64,000 nucleotides of DNA from Candidatus Latescibacterota bacterium. GTDB lineage: Bacteria > Latescibacterota > UBA2968 > UBA8231. The notes beneath the pieces are model-generated. The model did not search any database, was not told the DNA's origin, and worked only from the letters and a program-made list of their open reading frames with translations. The translations under genes were made by a program, and so were the position numbers. The stretch covers positions 3,392,001-3,456,000 of the forward strand of contig OZ253462.1 of NCBI GenBank assembly GCA_965261395.1, written 5' to 3'. This document shows positions 29,307 to 39,464 of the stretch, piece after piece (positions within the stretch are counted from its first letter, which is position 1; every line of letters begins with the position of its first letter).

Positions 29307-30119
29307 ATGGCGGGCCAATTGAACGAAAAACAGCAGTGTCAGTGGGCGACTGATGGCTACCTGTTGTTGAAAGACCTGCTTTCGCCGCTAGAGGTGAAAC
29401 GATTCGCTCGGGAAGTGGACCGGCTTTACTGCGAGCATGTGCCTCGTGATGGTCGGGTAGCCGGGAAGGGGATGGACATCTATTTTGCTATAGAAGAGAG
29501 CGAGGTGTTGATGGAACTGATCGACTACCCGCCGATCTTCGACCTAGCTCTCGAGTTGATGGGGCCCTACATCCAGTTGAGTATGGCCGAGGTTCTAGTG
29601 CGCCCTCCCAATCCCGAGGCCGCAGGCTATATCCATACCGATGGAGGACCGGGGCTGCGCCGCATTCGGGTGACCGAAAAAAGCTGGCCCCTTCAGATAA
29701 AGGTTCAATATTTCCTGACGGATGTTGCCGAGCCCTACAGCGGAAATTTCACCCTTTGCCCAGGGAGTCATTTGCTGTCATTTCCAGAGGTTCCCCCCGG
29801 CGACGAGCACCTGCCAACCGGTGTAGAGACGCCGGGAGCGGTTCAGCTCTGTGTCGCGGCGGGAGACGCGGCCGTGTTCTCCCATTCGCTCTGGCACGGC
29901 GTCGCACCGAATCGCTCGCGCCGCACTAGGAAATCGCTGATTTTCGGGTACAGCCAGTTGTTCCTCCGGTCTTTCGGCTATGACCGGCCTTCGCGGGAAC
30001 TACTGGCGCAGTGTACTCCCAGACAGCGGCGCTTGTTGGGTGACATGGGACGCGCTTGGCACCCGGGCGCTTATTTCAAGCCGCCCCAAGACCAAGTCGA
30101 ACTCATGCGAGAGAAGTAG
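29307..30119 (+). CDS. PhyH family Fe(II)/2OG dioxygenase
   Basis: IHTDGG; PGSH; AGDAAVF..SLWHGVAPN; TPRQRRLLGD tail shared with 14455-15318. Confidence 0.88.
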   Translation: MAGQLNEKQQCQWATDGYLLLKDLLSPLEVKRFAREVDRLYCEHVPRDGRVAGKGMDIYFAIEESEVLMELIDYPPIFDLALELMGPYIQLSMAEVLVRPPNPEAAGYIHTDGGPGLRRIRVTEKSWPLQIKVQYFLTDVAEPYSGNFTLCPGSHLLSFPEVPPGDEHLPTGVETPGAVQLCVAAGDAAVFSHSLWHGVAPNRSRRTRKSLIFGYSQLFLRSFGYDRPSRELLAQCTPRQRRLLGDMGRAWHPGAYFKPPQDQVELMREK

Positions 30120-30140
30120 CAGCGCCAGAGCGCGCAGTCT

Positions 30141-32126
30141 ATGGAAAGTACCACGCCGCTTGCCAAGTCGGAAAATTCGGCGGTATCTGCGGCCGAGGGT
30201 CATAGACCGCGCGTTACCTTCCTCTCCCTGCTGGTCGGTTCCCTGTTCGTCTTCTGCATAGCTGCCGGAGCGCCGTATGCCAATATGGTATTGCGGGGTT
30301 CGTACATGGCGCTCGATTTCAGCAATGCCGGCGCCATCTTCCTCTTTTTCTTTTTTATGCTTTTGGTGCCCGCGATCCTAAGGCACTTCCGTCTGAAGTT
30401 CCGCGACCACGAACTGGTTGTCATCTACATCATGGCTCTTGTGGGTTCTTCGATTGCCACGCTGGGCCTTACGGAAAATTTTCTCCCCATCATCAGCGGC
30501 GGCCTCTACTATGCCAACTCGGAAAACGCATGGGCCGAGCAGATCCATCCCTACACCCGCCGCTGGATGTTCCCCCAGGATTGGGAAGCAGTCAAGTACT
30601 TCTACGAGGGCTTGCCGACGGGCTATCCTATCCCTTGGGCCGCCTGGATAAAGCCACTCCTTTGCTGGCTTCCCGCGATCCTAGCCCTCTACTTCGCCAT
30701 GATCTGCACAACGGTCATCCTGCGGCGCCAGTGGATCCAGCACGAGCGCCTGATCTTTCCCTTGGTCCAACTCCCCCTAGCCATACTTGCGGAGGGAGAG
30801 CAAACCTCGCGCTACAAGCCCTTTTTTAAAAACCCGATCATGTGGACCGGATTCGCCATTCCTTTCACTGTGGGTTCCATGCGCGCCTTGCACAACTATC
30901 ACAACTTCATTCCCGACATCAACTTGGTCGCCAGCTTCCCCTTCTTCCGGCAGACCACCGAGGTGACCATTGCGCTCAGCTTTCCCATGGTCGGCTTTTC
31001 GTACTTCGTCAATCTGGATATCGCCCTAGGCATTTGGCTCTTTAACCTGATCGCCCGCATCGAAGAGGGGTGCCTCAATATGTTGGGGGTCTCTAGCACC
31101 GAGGTGCTGGATTTTTCCGGGCCGTCTCCTCTCGTCGCCCATCAGGGCATGGGTGCCATAATCGTCTTAGTGATCTTCGGTTTCTGGATGGGACGCCGAC
31201 ATCTTGCTCAGGTTTTCCGCAAGGCTTTCCAGGGCGATGAGAGCATCGACGATTCGGACGAAATCCTCTCCTATCGAGTCGCCGTCCTCGGCCTGCTGGT
31301 CAGCAATCTCTTTATCGGCTGGTGGCTGCTGGAGGCCGGCATGGCCTTCTGGGTAGTACCCATCTACCTATTCGCCTTGTTTCTGCTTTGCATCGGTGTG
31401 AGCCGGGTAGTCTCCGAAGGCGGTGTTGCCTCGACGCGCACCCCTCTCATACCCACGGCTTTTGTCGCCTCGGGCTTGGGCAGCAGCACCCTCGGCCCCC
31501 AGAATCTGACCGTCTTAGGGATGACCTATGTCTGGGCCACCAGTCTGCGCAACCTGCTCATGGCCTCCTGCGCCAATGGCCTCAAGCTGGCCGAAGAGTA
31601 CTTGCCGGGTAACAAGCGCGCGCTGTTCTGGGCGATGCTGCTGGCCATTGTGGTCAGTCTGGTCTCTTCGATCTGGGCGGTGCTCTACCTGAGTTATTCC
31701 TACGGCGGGATCAATCTCAACGGCTGGTTCTTCGGCCCTTCAGGCATGCCGGTCTATCCGTTCAATTTTGTTAGTCGCGAACTCAACAGCCCCGATGGCC
31801 CCGATATCGGCGGCTGGCTCGCTACTGCGGCCGGAGGCAGCATTATGGCCCTGCTGATGGTTGCCCGTCAGTACCTGACTTGGTGGCCCCTGCACCCGCT
31901 GGGCTTTGCCATCAGCACCAATGCTATGACGAACTACATCTGGTTCAGTGTCTTTTTGGCTTGGCTCATCAAGGGTCTGGTCCTCAAGTACGGAGGACCG
32001 GCACTCTTTCAGCGGACTCGTCCTTTCTTTTTGGGTCTCATCGCCGGACAGTTTAGCTGTGCGGGGATATGGCTGCTCATAGACTATTTCACCGGCATGA
32101 CGGACAACAACATCTACTGGGTTTGA
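30141..32126 (+). CDS. DUF6785/DUF6784-like membrane protein; paralog 2
   Basis: GSYMALDFS, YYANSENAW, LRRQWIQHERLIFP, WWPLHPLG, RPFFLGLIAGQ. Confidence 0.82.
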   Translation: MESTTPLAKSENSAVSAAEGHRPRVTFLSLLVGSLFVFCIAAGAPYANMVLRGSYMALDFSNAGAIFLFFFFMLLVPAILRHFRLKFRDHELVVIYIMALVGSSIATLGLTENFLPIISGGLYYANSENAWAEQIHPYTRRWMFPQDWEAVKYFYEGLPTGYPIPWAAWIKPLLCWLPAILALYFAMICTTVILRRQWIQHERLIFPLVQLPLAILAEGEQTSRYKPFFKNPIMWTGFAIPFTVGSMRALHNYHNFIPDINLVASFPFFRQTTEVTIALSFPMVGFSYFVNLDIALGIWLFNLIARIEEGCLNMLGVSSTEVLDFSGPSPLVAHQGMGAIIVLVIFGFWMGRRHLAQVFRKAFQGDESIDDSDEILSYRVAVLGLLVSNLFIGWWLLEAGMAFWVVPIYLFALFLLCIGVSRVVSEGGVASTRTPLIPTAFVASGLGSSTLGPQNLTVLGMTYVWATSLRNLLMASCANGLKLAEEYLPGNKRALFWAMLLAIVVSLVSSIWAVLYLSYSYGGINLNGWFFGPSGMPVYPFNFVSRELNSPDGPDIGGWLATAAGGSIMALLMVARQYLTWWPLHPLGFAISTNAMTNYIWFSVFLAWLIKGLVLKYGGPALFQRTRPFFLGLIAGQFSCAGIWLLIDYFTGMTDNNIYWV

Positions 32127-32162
32127 GCCATAGCAACCGATTGATTGCTTATAAAACCGCTT

Positions 32163-33262
32163 GAATTCAACTTGTAAGTGCAATCGCTTGGGTAGCTGGC
32201 ATAGAAAAGGCCAACTGGTATATTTTCCCTGGCCATTTCAAACGCAGCTCCCGACGGAGGCGCTTATGGGAACGTATCACCAGTTGACCGAGCATCAAAG
32301 ATACCAAATTTACGCCCTGAAGAAAGCCGGGCATGATCAGCAGTCCATCGCGGCGACGGTGGCGGTATCGCCCTCGACGATTTGTCGGGAGTTGCGGCGC
32401 AATCAAGGGCAACGCGGCTATCGTCCCGGCCAAGCCCATCACAAAGCGTTGGCGCGTCGTCGCCACAAGGCGAAGGCGACCAAGATGACGGCGGCGGTCA
32501 TCGAGCGCATCGAAGCGGGCCTGGGTCAGCAGTGGAGTCCAGAGCAGATTGCGGGTCGGCTGGCGACGACCGACGGGTTTCGATTGAGTCCGCAGCGTAT
32601 CTACCAGCACATCCAGGCGGATCGCCAGGCGGGCGGGATGTTGTATCGCCATCTGCGCCACAGTCAGAAGAAACGCAAGAAACGTTATGGAAAAGCCGAT
32701 GCCCGAGGGCAGATTAAAGGCCGCATCAGCATGGACCAGCGACCGGCCATCGTGGAGGAAAAAAGTCGCATCGGCGATTGGGAAATCGACTTGGTGATGG
32801 GACGTGCACGCACCGGGGCGCTCGTCTCGGTGGTGGAACGTCGCTCGCGCTATACCGTGCTGGGCAAAGTCCCCTCCAAACAGGCCGAGCACGTAGCGGC
32901 GGCCACCATTGCGTTGCTCGCTGCCCATAAGGGGCATACCCAGACGATTACGGCCGATAACGGCAAGGAGTTTGCCCACCATGCCACGATCAGCCAAGCG
33001 TTGGACGCGGCTGTGTATTTTGCCCATCCCTACCATGCCTGGGAGCGCGGACTCAACGAGAACACCAACGGGCTGATTCGCCAGTATGTGCCCAAAGGGA
33101 CGGCCTTGGATACGCTGTCCCAGGCGCAGGTACACCACATCATGGAGCGGCTCAATCATCGACCGCGAAAGGGCTTGGCATTTCAAACGCCGCATGAAAT
33201 CTTATGCAAGGAAACAGAAGTTCAACCCAAACATGGCGAAATTGCGCTTACGAGTTGAATCC
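32163..33262 (+). mobile_element. IS30-family element; transposase 32266-33258
   Basis: YHQLTEHQR HTH; GDWEIDLV, TITADNGKEF, WERGLNENTNGLIRQY; imperfect inverted ends ATTCAACTTGTAAGTGCAAT / ATTGCGCTTACGAGTTGAAT. Confidence 0.95.
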
Positions 33263-33264
33263 GC

Positions 33265-33518
33265 GAAATACACTACGAGGGACAGACGGAGTTTGTCGCC
33301 ACAGACCAGCAGCGCAAGCCCGTACGGCTGTTCGTCGCTTGTCCGGCGGGCCTAGAAGCTGGGGCCGATGTGCGCGTTTCGATCAGCGCGTTCCATTCCT
33401 TTTCCCGCAAGTGGACGCTTGCAGATCCTTTTGTCGAAGGGGGCGAGGGCGTGGTGGTGATCGGGCATAGGTTGGCGCGCGACTGGACCGATATGACGCG
33501 GGGCGGCGACGGTCCGGC
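33265..33518 (+). repeat. 254-bp direct repeat of 34210-34463 (5' part of the downstream hydrolase gene)
   Basis: Same-length alignment with only scattered substitutions; truncated copy lacking the start codon. Confidence 0.92.
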
Positions 33519-33647
33519 CGATTAACGACTAGCTCTCACATTTCTACCGTGGGCTTGAGGTTATGCAAGCCGATAGTTCGGTCGCATGATCGGGGAAACC
33601 TTGCCCTCGACAACTATTTTAGGACATATTAACTGGATACCGACTCA

Positions 33648-33944
33648 ATGAACTTTCATTTTGAGTGGGATGCCAATAAGGCAACTGCTAACGCGACAAA
33701 GCACAATGTGAGCTTTGAAGAAGCAGCCGCCGTGTTTCGCGATCCAGTTGCTGCTATTTTCGATGATGAAGCTCATTCAAATGAAGAACGCAGAGAGCTC
33801 ATCATTGGACACTCTGATAGGAACCACTTGCTTTTAGTATGCTTCTCTGAGCATGACGATGCCATCCGCATTATCAGTGCTCGTCAAGCAACAAGGAGGG
33901 AACGTAGAGATTATGAAGAATACCAAATCCAGCGCCGCGGATGA
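33648..33944 (+). CDS. BrnT family toxin (type II TA)
   Basis: FEWDANKATANATKHNVSFEEA...HSNEERR...IRIISARQATRRERRDYE. Confidence 0.92.
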   Translation: MNFHFEWDANKATANATKHNVSFEEAAAVFRDPVAAIFDDEAHSNEERRELIIGHSDRNHLLLVCFSEHDDAIRIISARQATRRERRDYEEYQIQRRG

Positions 33945-34137
33945 GATGCGAGATGAATACCAGTTCGACTACGGTAAGGCGAAGCCTAATCGTTTTGCAG
34001 ACAAAATTGGACGAGATCAATTGATGGTCGTTCTCGATCAAGATGTCGCGGCGGTATTCAAGACTCCTGAATCCGTTAACCAAGTACTGCGGGCGATTAT
34101 CACTTCAATGACAATCGCGGAAAAAGGCGATCTCTGA
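33913..34137 (+). CDS. Cognate antitoxin (BrnA-like)
   Basis: Overlaps the toxin 3' end; DEMRDEYQFDYGKAKPNRFA...VVLDQDVAAVF...VNQVLR. Confidence 0.8.
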   Translation: MKNTKSSAADEMRDEYQFDYGKAKPNRFADKIGRDQLMVVLDQDVAAVFKTPESVNQVLRAIITSMTIAEKGDL

Positions 34138-34194
34138 GTCCAAAGCGCCGGTCACTCCGGCGACCTCGGACAATACCACTGGCGGAGTTGCACT

Positions 34195-36012
34195 ATGTAC
34201 GAGCAATTAGAAATACACTACGAGGGACAGACGGAATTCGTCGCCACGGACCAGCAGCGCAAGTCCTTGCGGCTGTTCGTCGCTTGTCCGGCGGGCCTAG
34301 AAGCTGGGGCCGATGTGCGCGTTTCGATCAGCGCGTTCCATTCCTTTTCTCGCAAGTGGACGCTTGCAGATCCTTTTGTCGAAGGGGGTGAGGGCGTGGT
34401 GGTGATCGGGCATAAGTTGGCGCGCGACTGGACCGATATGACGCGGGGCGGCGACGGTCCGGCTGGCGGTGGATTGGTGGGGCGGCCGATCAACGAGCTC
34501 TACTTGTGTACCATTCAGGTCACCAAGGCGCTAAGCGCGGGAGCGCGGCTGGTCTTTCCCTTTGGGGTGGTGCCGTCGCCACATGCGGATATAAGAGGTG
34601 ATTTGCAAGTGCGGGTGCGGCGACCCGAAGCTGAAGTTTTCGAGAAGGTGGGCGACCCGATTCCGCTGTGCAACACTCCTGGCCCTCTGACGCGGATAGA
34701 AGGGCGCGTCTCTGTGGCAGCGGATGCGGAGGGAAGGCGTAGGGTCGTAGTTTTCGCGACGGACGATCATCTCAATCCGATAGCCTCCTACCGGGGGACG
34801 GTGGCTGTGCAGGCCGACGGCGCGGTCGCCGGGTTGTCCGATGAGGTAGAAATTGGTGCCGATGGGCGGGGTGTGGTCGAGGGGGTTGAGGTGCAGGGCG
34901 ATGGTCCGGTCCGCATTGCAGTGCGCGATGTCGGACGCGGTTTAGAAGCGCAGAGCGGTCCGGCGCAGGCGGTTGGCGAGCGCGGCCACTACTTCGGCGG
35001 CATCCACTTCCACACGCGGCTTTCGGTGGATGGCGACCGGGAGCCACGCGCGGCCTACGCCTATGCTCGCGACTTTCTCAACCTCGACGTGATCGCGATG
35101 ACGGATCACGCGCCGATTGGCCCCGGATGGGCCGAGTGCTTGGCGGTCAATGAGGAATTTTACGAGCCGGGTCGCTTTGTGACGATCCCCGCGTGGGAAA
35201 GCTCCAATGCCTACGGGCATGCCAACCTCTACCTGCGCACGCCGGAAGTCGATGGCGGCACTTGGCACTGGAAACCGGAGCTTTGCCCCTCGGAAGTGGT
35301 TTGGGACAAAGATGTGGTCATGGTGCCGCACCATCCCAACTGCGGACAGCCCATCGAATACGGCAAGCACCGCGAGGTCATGGGTAAGACGTTTTACTGG
35401 TCTCAATACCATTGGGAGTTCCCCAACAAGCGGGCTAGGTTGGTGGAAATCGTCCAAGGGCGGGGCAATTTTGAAGCCGACTCGCTCGACGAGTACTGGG
35501 GTATCCGCCTTGCCGGGTTGGGTGCTGCGGTGCAGGATGCTTTTGCCCAGGGCTGGCGCTTGGGGTTTGTCGCCGGGACCGACAACCACCAAGGGCACCC
35601 GACGCAAAACCCAAGAGGCTACGTGGGGATGACCTGTTTCCGGGCGACGGAATTGACCCGCGAGGCCGTGTGGCAGGCGATGGACGAGCGCTGGACCTAC
35701 GCGACTTCGGGCGTGCCGATTGTCTGCGACTATGCGGTCAATGGCGTGCGCTCGGGCGCGGAGGGCGCGTTGGCGGAAGGAGAAAAGGTGCATTTCTCCG
35801 CTAGTTTGCATGGGACTGCGCCGATTGAGCGGGTGGAGATCATTGCAAACGGGCAGTGCGTCTGGCAGGACGCGCCCAACGCTTGGGACGTGGAGATCGA
35901 CGGGGCCGAGTTGCCAGCGCCGACGGGCGAATGGTCCTATTACTATCTGCGGCTGCGACAACAGGACGGGCACCGGGCGTGGTTGAGTCCAGTGTGGTTG
36001 GATCGGGTATGA
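34195..36012 (+). CDS. PHP-like metallohydrolase (DUF3604/CehA-McbA-like)
   Basis: YFGGIHFHT, MTDHA, HHP, GFVAGTDNH metal motifs; C-terminal YYYLRLRQQDGHRAWLSPVW. Confidence 0.8.
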   Translation: MYEQLEIHYEGQTEFVATDQQRKSLRLFVACPAGLEAGADVRVSISAFHSFSRKWTLADPFVEGGEGVVVIGHKLARDWTDMTRGGDGPAGGGLVGRPINELYLCTIQVTKALSAGARLVFPFGVVPSPHADIRGDLQVRVRRPEAEVFEKVGDPIPLCNTPGPLTRIEGRVSVAADAEGRRRVVVFATDDHLNPIASYRGTVAVQADGAVAGLSDEVEIGADGRGVVEGVEVQGDGPVRIAVRDVGRGLEAQSGPAQAVGERGHYFGGIHFHTRLSVDGDREPRAAYAYARDFLNLDVIAMTDHAPIGPGWAECLAVNEEFYEPGRFVTIPAWESSNAYGHANLYLRTPEVDGGTWHWKPELCPSEVVWDKDVVMVPHHPNCGQPIEYGKHREVMGKTFYWSQYHWEFPNKRARLVEIVQGRGNFEADSLDEYWGIRLAGLGAAVQDAFAQGWRLGFVAGTDNHQGHPTQNPRGYVGMTCFRATELTREAVWQAMDERWTYATSGVPIVCDYAVNGVRSGAEGALAEGEKVHFSASLHGTAPIERVEIIANGQCVWQDAPNAWDVEIDGAELPAPTGEWSYYYLRLRQQDGHRAWLSPVWLDRV

Positions 36013-36203
36013 ACGGAACGAGACGGGCCGATATAGAGCGTGGAGCGCAGGTGGCCATCGTGCAGAAGCAGGACCAACGCACGGGTCGGCTGACCGAGGG
36101 CGTCGTGCAGGATATTCTGACCAAGTCGGCGACGCATCCGCACGGGATTAAGGTGCGCTTGGCGACCGGCGAAGTTGGCCGGGTCAAGCAGGTGCGCGGT
36201 TAG
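36009..36203 (+). CDS. YwbE family protein (DUF2196)
   Basis: KQDQRTGRLTEGVVQDILTKSATHPHGIKVRL; ATGA overlap with the upstream stop. Confidence 0.88.
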   Translation: MNGTRRADIERGAQVAIVQKQDQRTGRLTEGVVQDILTKSATHPHGIKVRLATGEVGRVKQVRG

Positions 36204-38095
36204 AAGTAGTAGAACGAATAGACCAGCGACGACCCGCCCACGCCGACGCAGGCCCCCATGATAAATCCCAGAAAGAGTGGCCGCACTTTCCTGTATAGAA
36301 TGACCCCTCCGTAGCTAATCAGAATCGACTTAACAAGCCAAGCGAGGAACATCCCAAACCAGTCGCCGCGCACGGTATTGGTCAGGGCCACAGCTAGCCC
36401 CACCGGGTGCAGCGGCCAACCGGCTAGGCGGTGCTGGGCCAAGGAGAGCAGTCCGGCGAGTCCAGCACCGATGCCAGTGAACAGGGTGGTTAGGTGTTGG
36501 GGCGGGTGCGGGTTGTTGACCGTTTTGGCGACCCAGCCCCACTTGCTCAGCGGCGAGTTGATATAGTACCAGCGGAAGCCGTGCATCATGCCGTGCTGAT
36601 AGCCCAGCCATATATAGACCGCGATGGTGGTGACCGTGCTGACGACGAGGGCGGAGGCGAGGAAGAACAGCAGCTTGCGGGCGCTGATCTTTTCTTTCGC
36701 CTCCTCGCAGACCTTGAAGGCGTGGGCCATAGTGCCCATGAAGAATAGTTGCACGTCCGCTGCCCAGACCATGTTAAGTCCCATGGCTGTGAGGCCCTTA
36801 TCGCCGAAATAGGCCGTGCCGAAGATATTGGTAAAAAGCGGCGGGATGGAATGGGGAGCGCGCAGCCGCCCCAAGCCGGTTTGCACCAGCAAGCGCGCAG
36901 TGCCCAAAAAGACCAACAGCGCGACTAGCAGAAAGGCCAAGCTCCAGCCGAGGGAAAAGCCGGTGGCATGGAGGAAGTACGCCATATAGCCCAGCCCGAC
37001 GACTCCCATTAAAGCCGAGGCGCGCGGCGAGGGCAGGTGAGTGTCTGGCCCTCTGGTACCACTGACGATAGTGCGCCACTGGTCTTTGAGGAAGTCGCGC
37101 GACATCCACAGCGACGAGACGATCAGGAAGATGAGCGCCCCCATCTGCTGATGCGACATCAACACCGAGACTTGCTGATGCGGCTGGGCAGGGAGGTTGA
37201 CGGCGACGCCGAAAAAGCCCAACAGGCCGTGTTCGAGATAGACGAGGATGTGAAAGAGCCAGACGCTCAAGAGCACATTGAGGTTGAGCAAGTATCCTAG
37301 GCCGACGACGAGGAAGTTGACGTTGATCCCGTAGGAGATGCCGATGCGGCGCAAAAAGATGCGCGTGGAGGGGATGCCGAAATTGTTAATGGTCTCAAAG
37401 TCGAACACTTGGTCGAGCATGTTGACGGTCGGGATGATCCAGGCGATGAAAAACCCAACCCAGAAGAGCGGGTTCTTAAAGAGGCTTTTGGCCGGGTTTT
37501 CCACGCTCTCGACCATTGCCGTCGGCACTACGGCCAAGGGATAGACTAAGCGCTCGCCGCGGGCCCACTGATGGTGGAGCAGGGCGATGAGCGAGAAGCT
37601 GACCAAAAAGAAGGCGACCATGAAGAGACCCCAGAAAATACTAGGGCCGAGCCAGGCATCCCAAGGTAGCGGCGTACCTTCTGGGGCGCCCTCGAAGAGG
37701 TTGCGGATCATCTCCAAGTCACGCGGGGCAGCCCAGTCGGGGATGTGGTCCCAGAGCAGTTCGCGCCAGTTGTTTTCCGGGGTGGCGTAGTAGAAGACGC
37801 CGGCGAGCAGAGGGATAAAATAGCCGCCAAAACCCATGGTCGGCATGACCGTGGCCACCATCAGCACGGCGTAGATGAGGGCGAAAGTCGAAGTCGGCAA
37901 CCGCAGGAAGGGCCGCAGCAGCGAGAGCAGCAAGGCGGTAAGCGCGACCCAGAACAGGGCGAAGATGACGCCGACGGTATTGAAGTGGTCGGCGTAGCCC
38001 GAGTAGTGGTCGAGCAGTATGTAGCTGCGCACCCCGATGAAGTTGTGGCCGACGCACAGCGCCATGGCCAGCGTCCATTCGAGGACGGGTCGCAT
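36200..38095 (-). CDS. DUF6785/DUF6784-like membrane protein; paralog 3
   Basis: YYATPENNW, QWARGERLVYP, WPLHPVG, YGG...RPLFLGFIMG; TGATG overlap with the upstream SBP gene. Confidence 0.8.
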   Translation of the reverse strand: MRPVLEWTLAMALCVGHNFIGVRSYILLDHYSGYADHFNTVGVIFALFWVALTALLLSLLRPFLRLPTSTFALIYAVLMVATVMPTMGFGGYFIPLLAGVFYYATPENNWRELLWDHIPDWAAPRDLEMIRNLFEGAPEGTPLPWDAWLGPSIFWGLFMVAFFLVSFSLIALLHHQWARGERLVYPLAVVPTAMVESVENPAKSLFKNPLFWVGFFIAWIIPTVNMLDQVFDFETINNFGIPSTRIFLRRIGISYGINVNFLVVGLGYLLNLNVLLSVWLFHILVYLEHGLLGFFGVAVNLPAQPHQQVSVLMSHQQMGALIFLIVSSLWMSRDFLKDQWRTIVSGTRGPDTHLPSPRASALMGVVGLGYMAYFLHATGFSLGWSLAFLLVALLVFLGTARLLVQTGLGRLRAPHSIPPLFTNIFGTAYFGDKGLTAMGLNMVWAADVQLFFMGTMAHAFKVCEEAKEKISARKLLFFLASALVVSTVTTIAVYIWLGYQHGMMHGFRWYYINSPLSKWGWVAKTVNNPHPPQHLTTLFTGIGAGLAGLLSLAQHRLAGWPLHPVGLAVALTNTVRGDWFGMFLAWLVKSILISYGGVILYRKVRPLFLGFIMGACVGVGGSSLVYSFYYF

Positions 38096-39396
38096 CACTT
38101 GTTGCCTTTGCGCCCGGCCTCCCAGTCGTCGTCGAGCATTTTGAGCAGCGCGTCGATGTCGCGGTTGCCGGCTTGGATTTCCTGCATGATGCGGGCCAAG
38201 GTGAGGACGAAGCCGGTGGGTGGGTAGTCCTCAATCGAGATGAAGTAGCCGGGCGTCCAGCCCCAGTGGTCGAGGTTGGTGCTCATGCGCTCGAAGAGGC
38301 GCTGGGTCGGCCCCCAGGTACTTTTGGGGCCATCGACGCCTTCGACTTGGGTGGCGTTGAGCAGCATGCCCTCGGCGTTGAGATAGGCCTGATAGACCGC
38401 CGGGTAGTAGTAGGCATTGAGCACGGCGAGGGATTTTTCGTAGTACGCGCCTTGGGCGCTGGATGTCATGGCCCACCCGCGCTGCTGGTTGGAGGTGTTG
38501 ATGAAGAGGGGCTGGTGGCCGGTCATGGAGGGAATGGGCCAGTACTCGATTTCAAAGTTGACCTGTAGCGGTTCGACGTCGCCGCTCATCCAGCAGCCCA
38601 TCATCCAAGTGGCGGCGTGCTCGTTGAAGAAGTCGCGCTGTTCCTCGTTATACCCGTCGCTCAGTGAGCCTTTCTCGACGAAATTATCCAGCAGCGCGAT
38701 CATGTTTGCCATGATGGTGCGCATCAGTGGGTCGGTGGCAAAGGTGGTTTCGTCACGGTCGCGGCGCACGGTCCAGGAAGGCGGGTCGGCTTGGCGGGTC
38801 GGATCGTAGAGGTTGGTCTGGATCGCATAGGAGAGGGGTACCCCAGCCGACCACTCGCGGCCCCCATAGACGAGGGGCTTGTAACCGGCTGCTTTTATTT
38901 GGTGCAAGGCATCGATAAAGGCGTCCCAAGTCTGCGGCGGCTCGGTAATGCCGGCCTCGGCCCAGATGCGCTTGTTGACGGCGATGCCGGTGATCTGGCG
39001 GCCGACTTGGGCTGTGTAGTACTGGCCGTTGTGCAACGGCGGTAAGGTCTGCCCCACCTGGTCGTAGAGCGCGCGGGGAATGGGGAGTAAGTGGTCGCCG
39101 TTGGCCAGGAATTTGGTGTAGTCGAGGGTCATTATCACGTGGGGCAGGTCGCCGGTGGCAATGGCGCGGCGGTAGTACGCGCCAGCGTCTTCGTTGCCCA
39201 AGTCGATCAACTCCAGGGTCCAGCCGGGGTTCTGGCGCTCGAAGGTGGCCTTCCAGATGTCCCAGTGGACCTGGAAGCCGGGTCGGCCACCGATATTGCG
39301 GGTGACGCGCACGACGCGGGCGTCTTCCTCACCGGCGCAGGCTCCGAAAGCGAGGAAGGCGGCAAGGGCAAAGGTTGCGAATTTGGCAAGGGGCAT
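38095..39396 (-). CDS. Carbohydrate ABC transporter substrate-binding lipoprotein
   Basis: Lipobox FGAC; AIATGDLPHV; AGITEPPQTWDAF; MMGCW. Confidence 0.85.
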   Translation of the reverse strand: MPLAKFATFALAAFLAFGACAGEEDARVVRVTRNIGGRPGFQVHWDIWKATFERQNPGWTLELIDLGNEDAGAYYRRAIATGDLPHVIMTLDYTKFLANGDHLLPIPRALYDQVGQTLPPLHNGQYYTAQVGRQITGIAVNKRIWAEAGITEPPQTWDAFIDALHQIKAAGYKPLVYGGREWSAGVPLSYAIQTNLYDPTRQADPPSWTVRRDRDETTFATDPLMRTIMANMIALLDNFVEKGSLSDGYNEEQRDFFNEHAATWMMGCWMSGDVEPLQVNFEIEYWPIPSMTGHQPLFINTSNQQRGWAMTSSAQGAYYEKSLAVLNAYYYPAVYQAYLNAEGMLLNATQVEGVDGPKSTWGPTQRLFERMSTNLDHWGWTPGYFISIEDYPPTGFVLTLARIMQEIQAGNRDIDALLKMLDDDWEAGRKGNK

Positions 39397-39464
39397 GGGT
39401 AGAGTTCCTCAAAGGCGTATCCGCAGATGAACGCAGATGAGCGCCGATATGGGGCGACGGCCTC

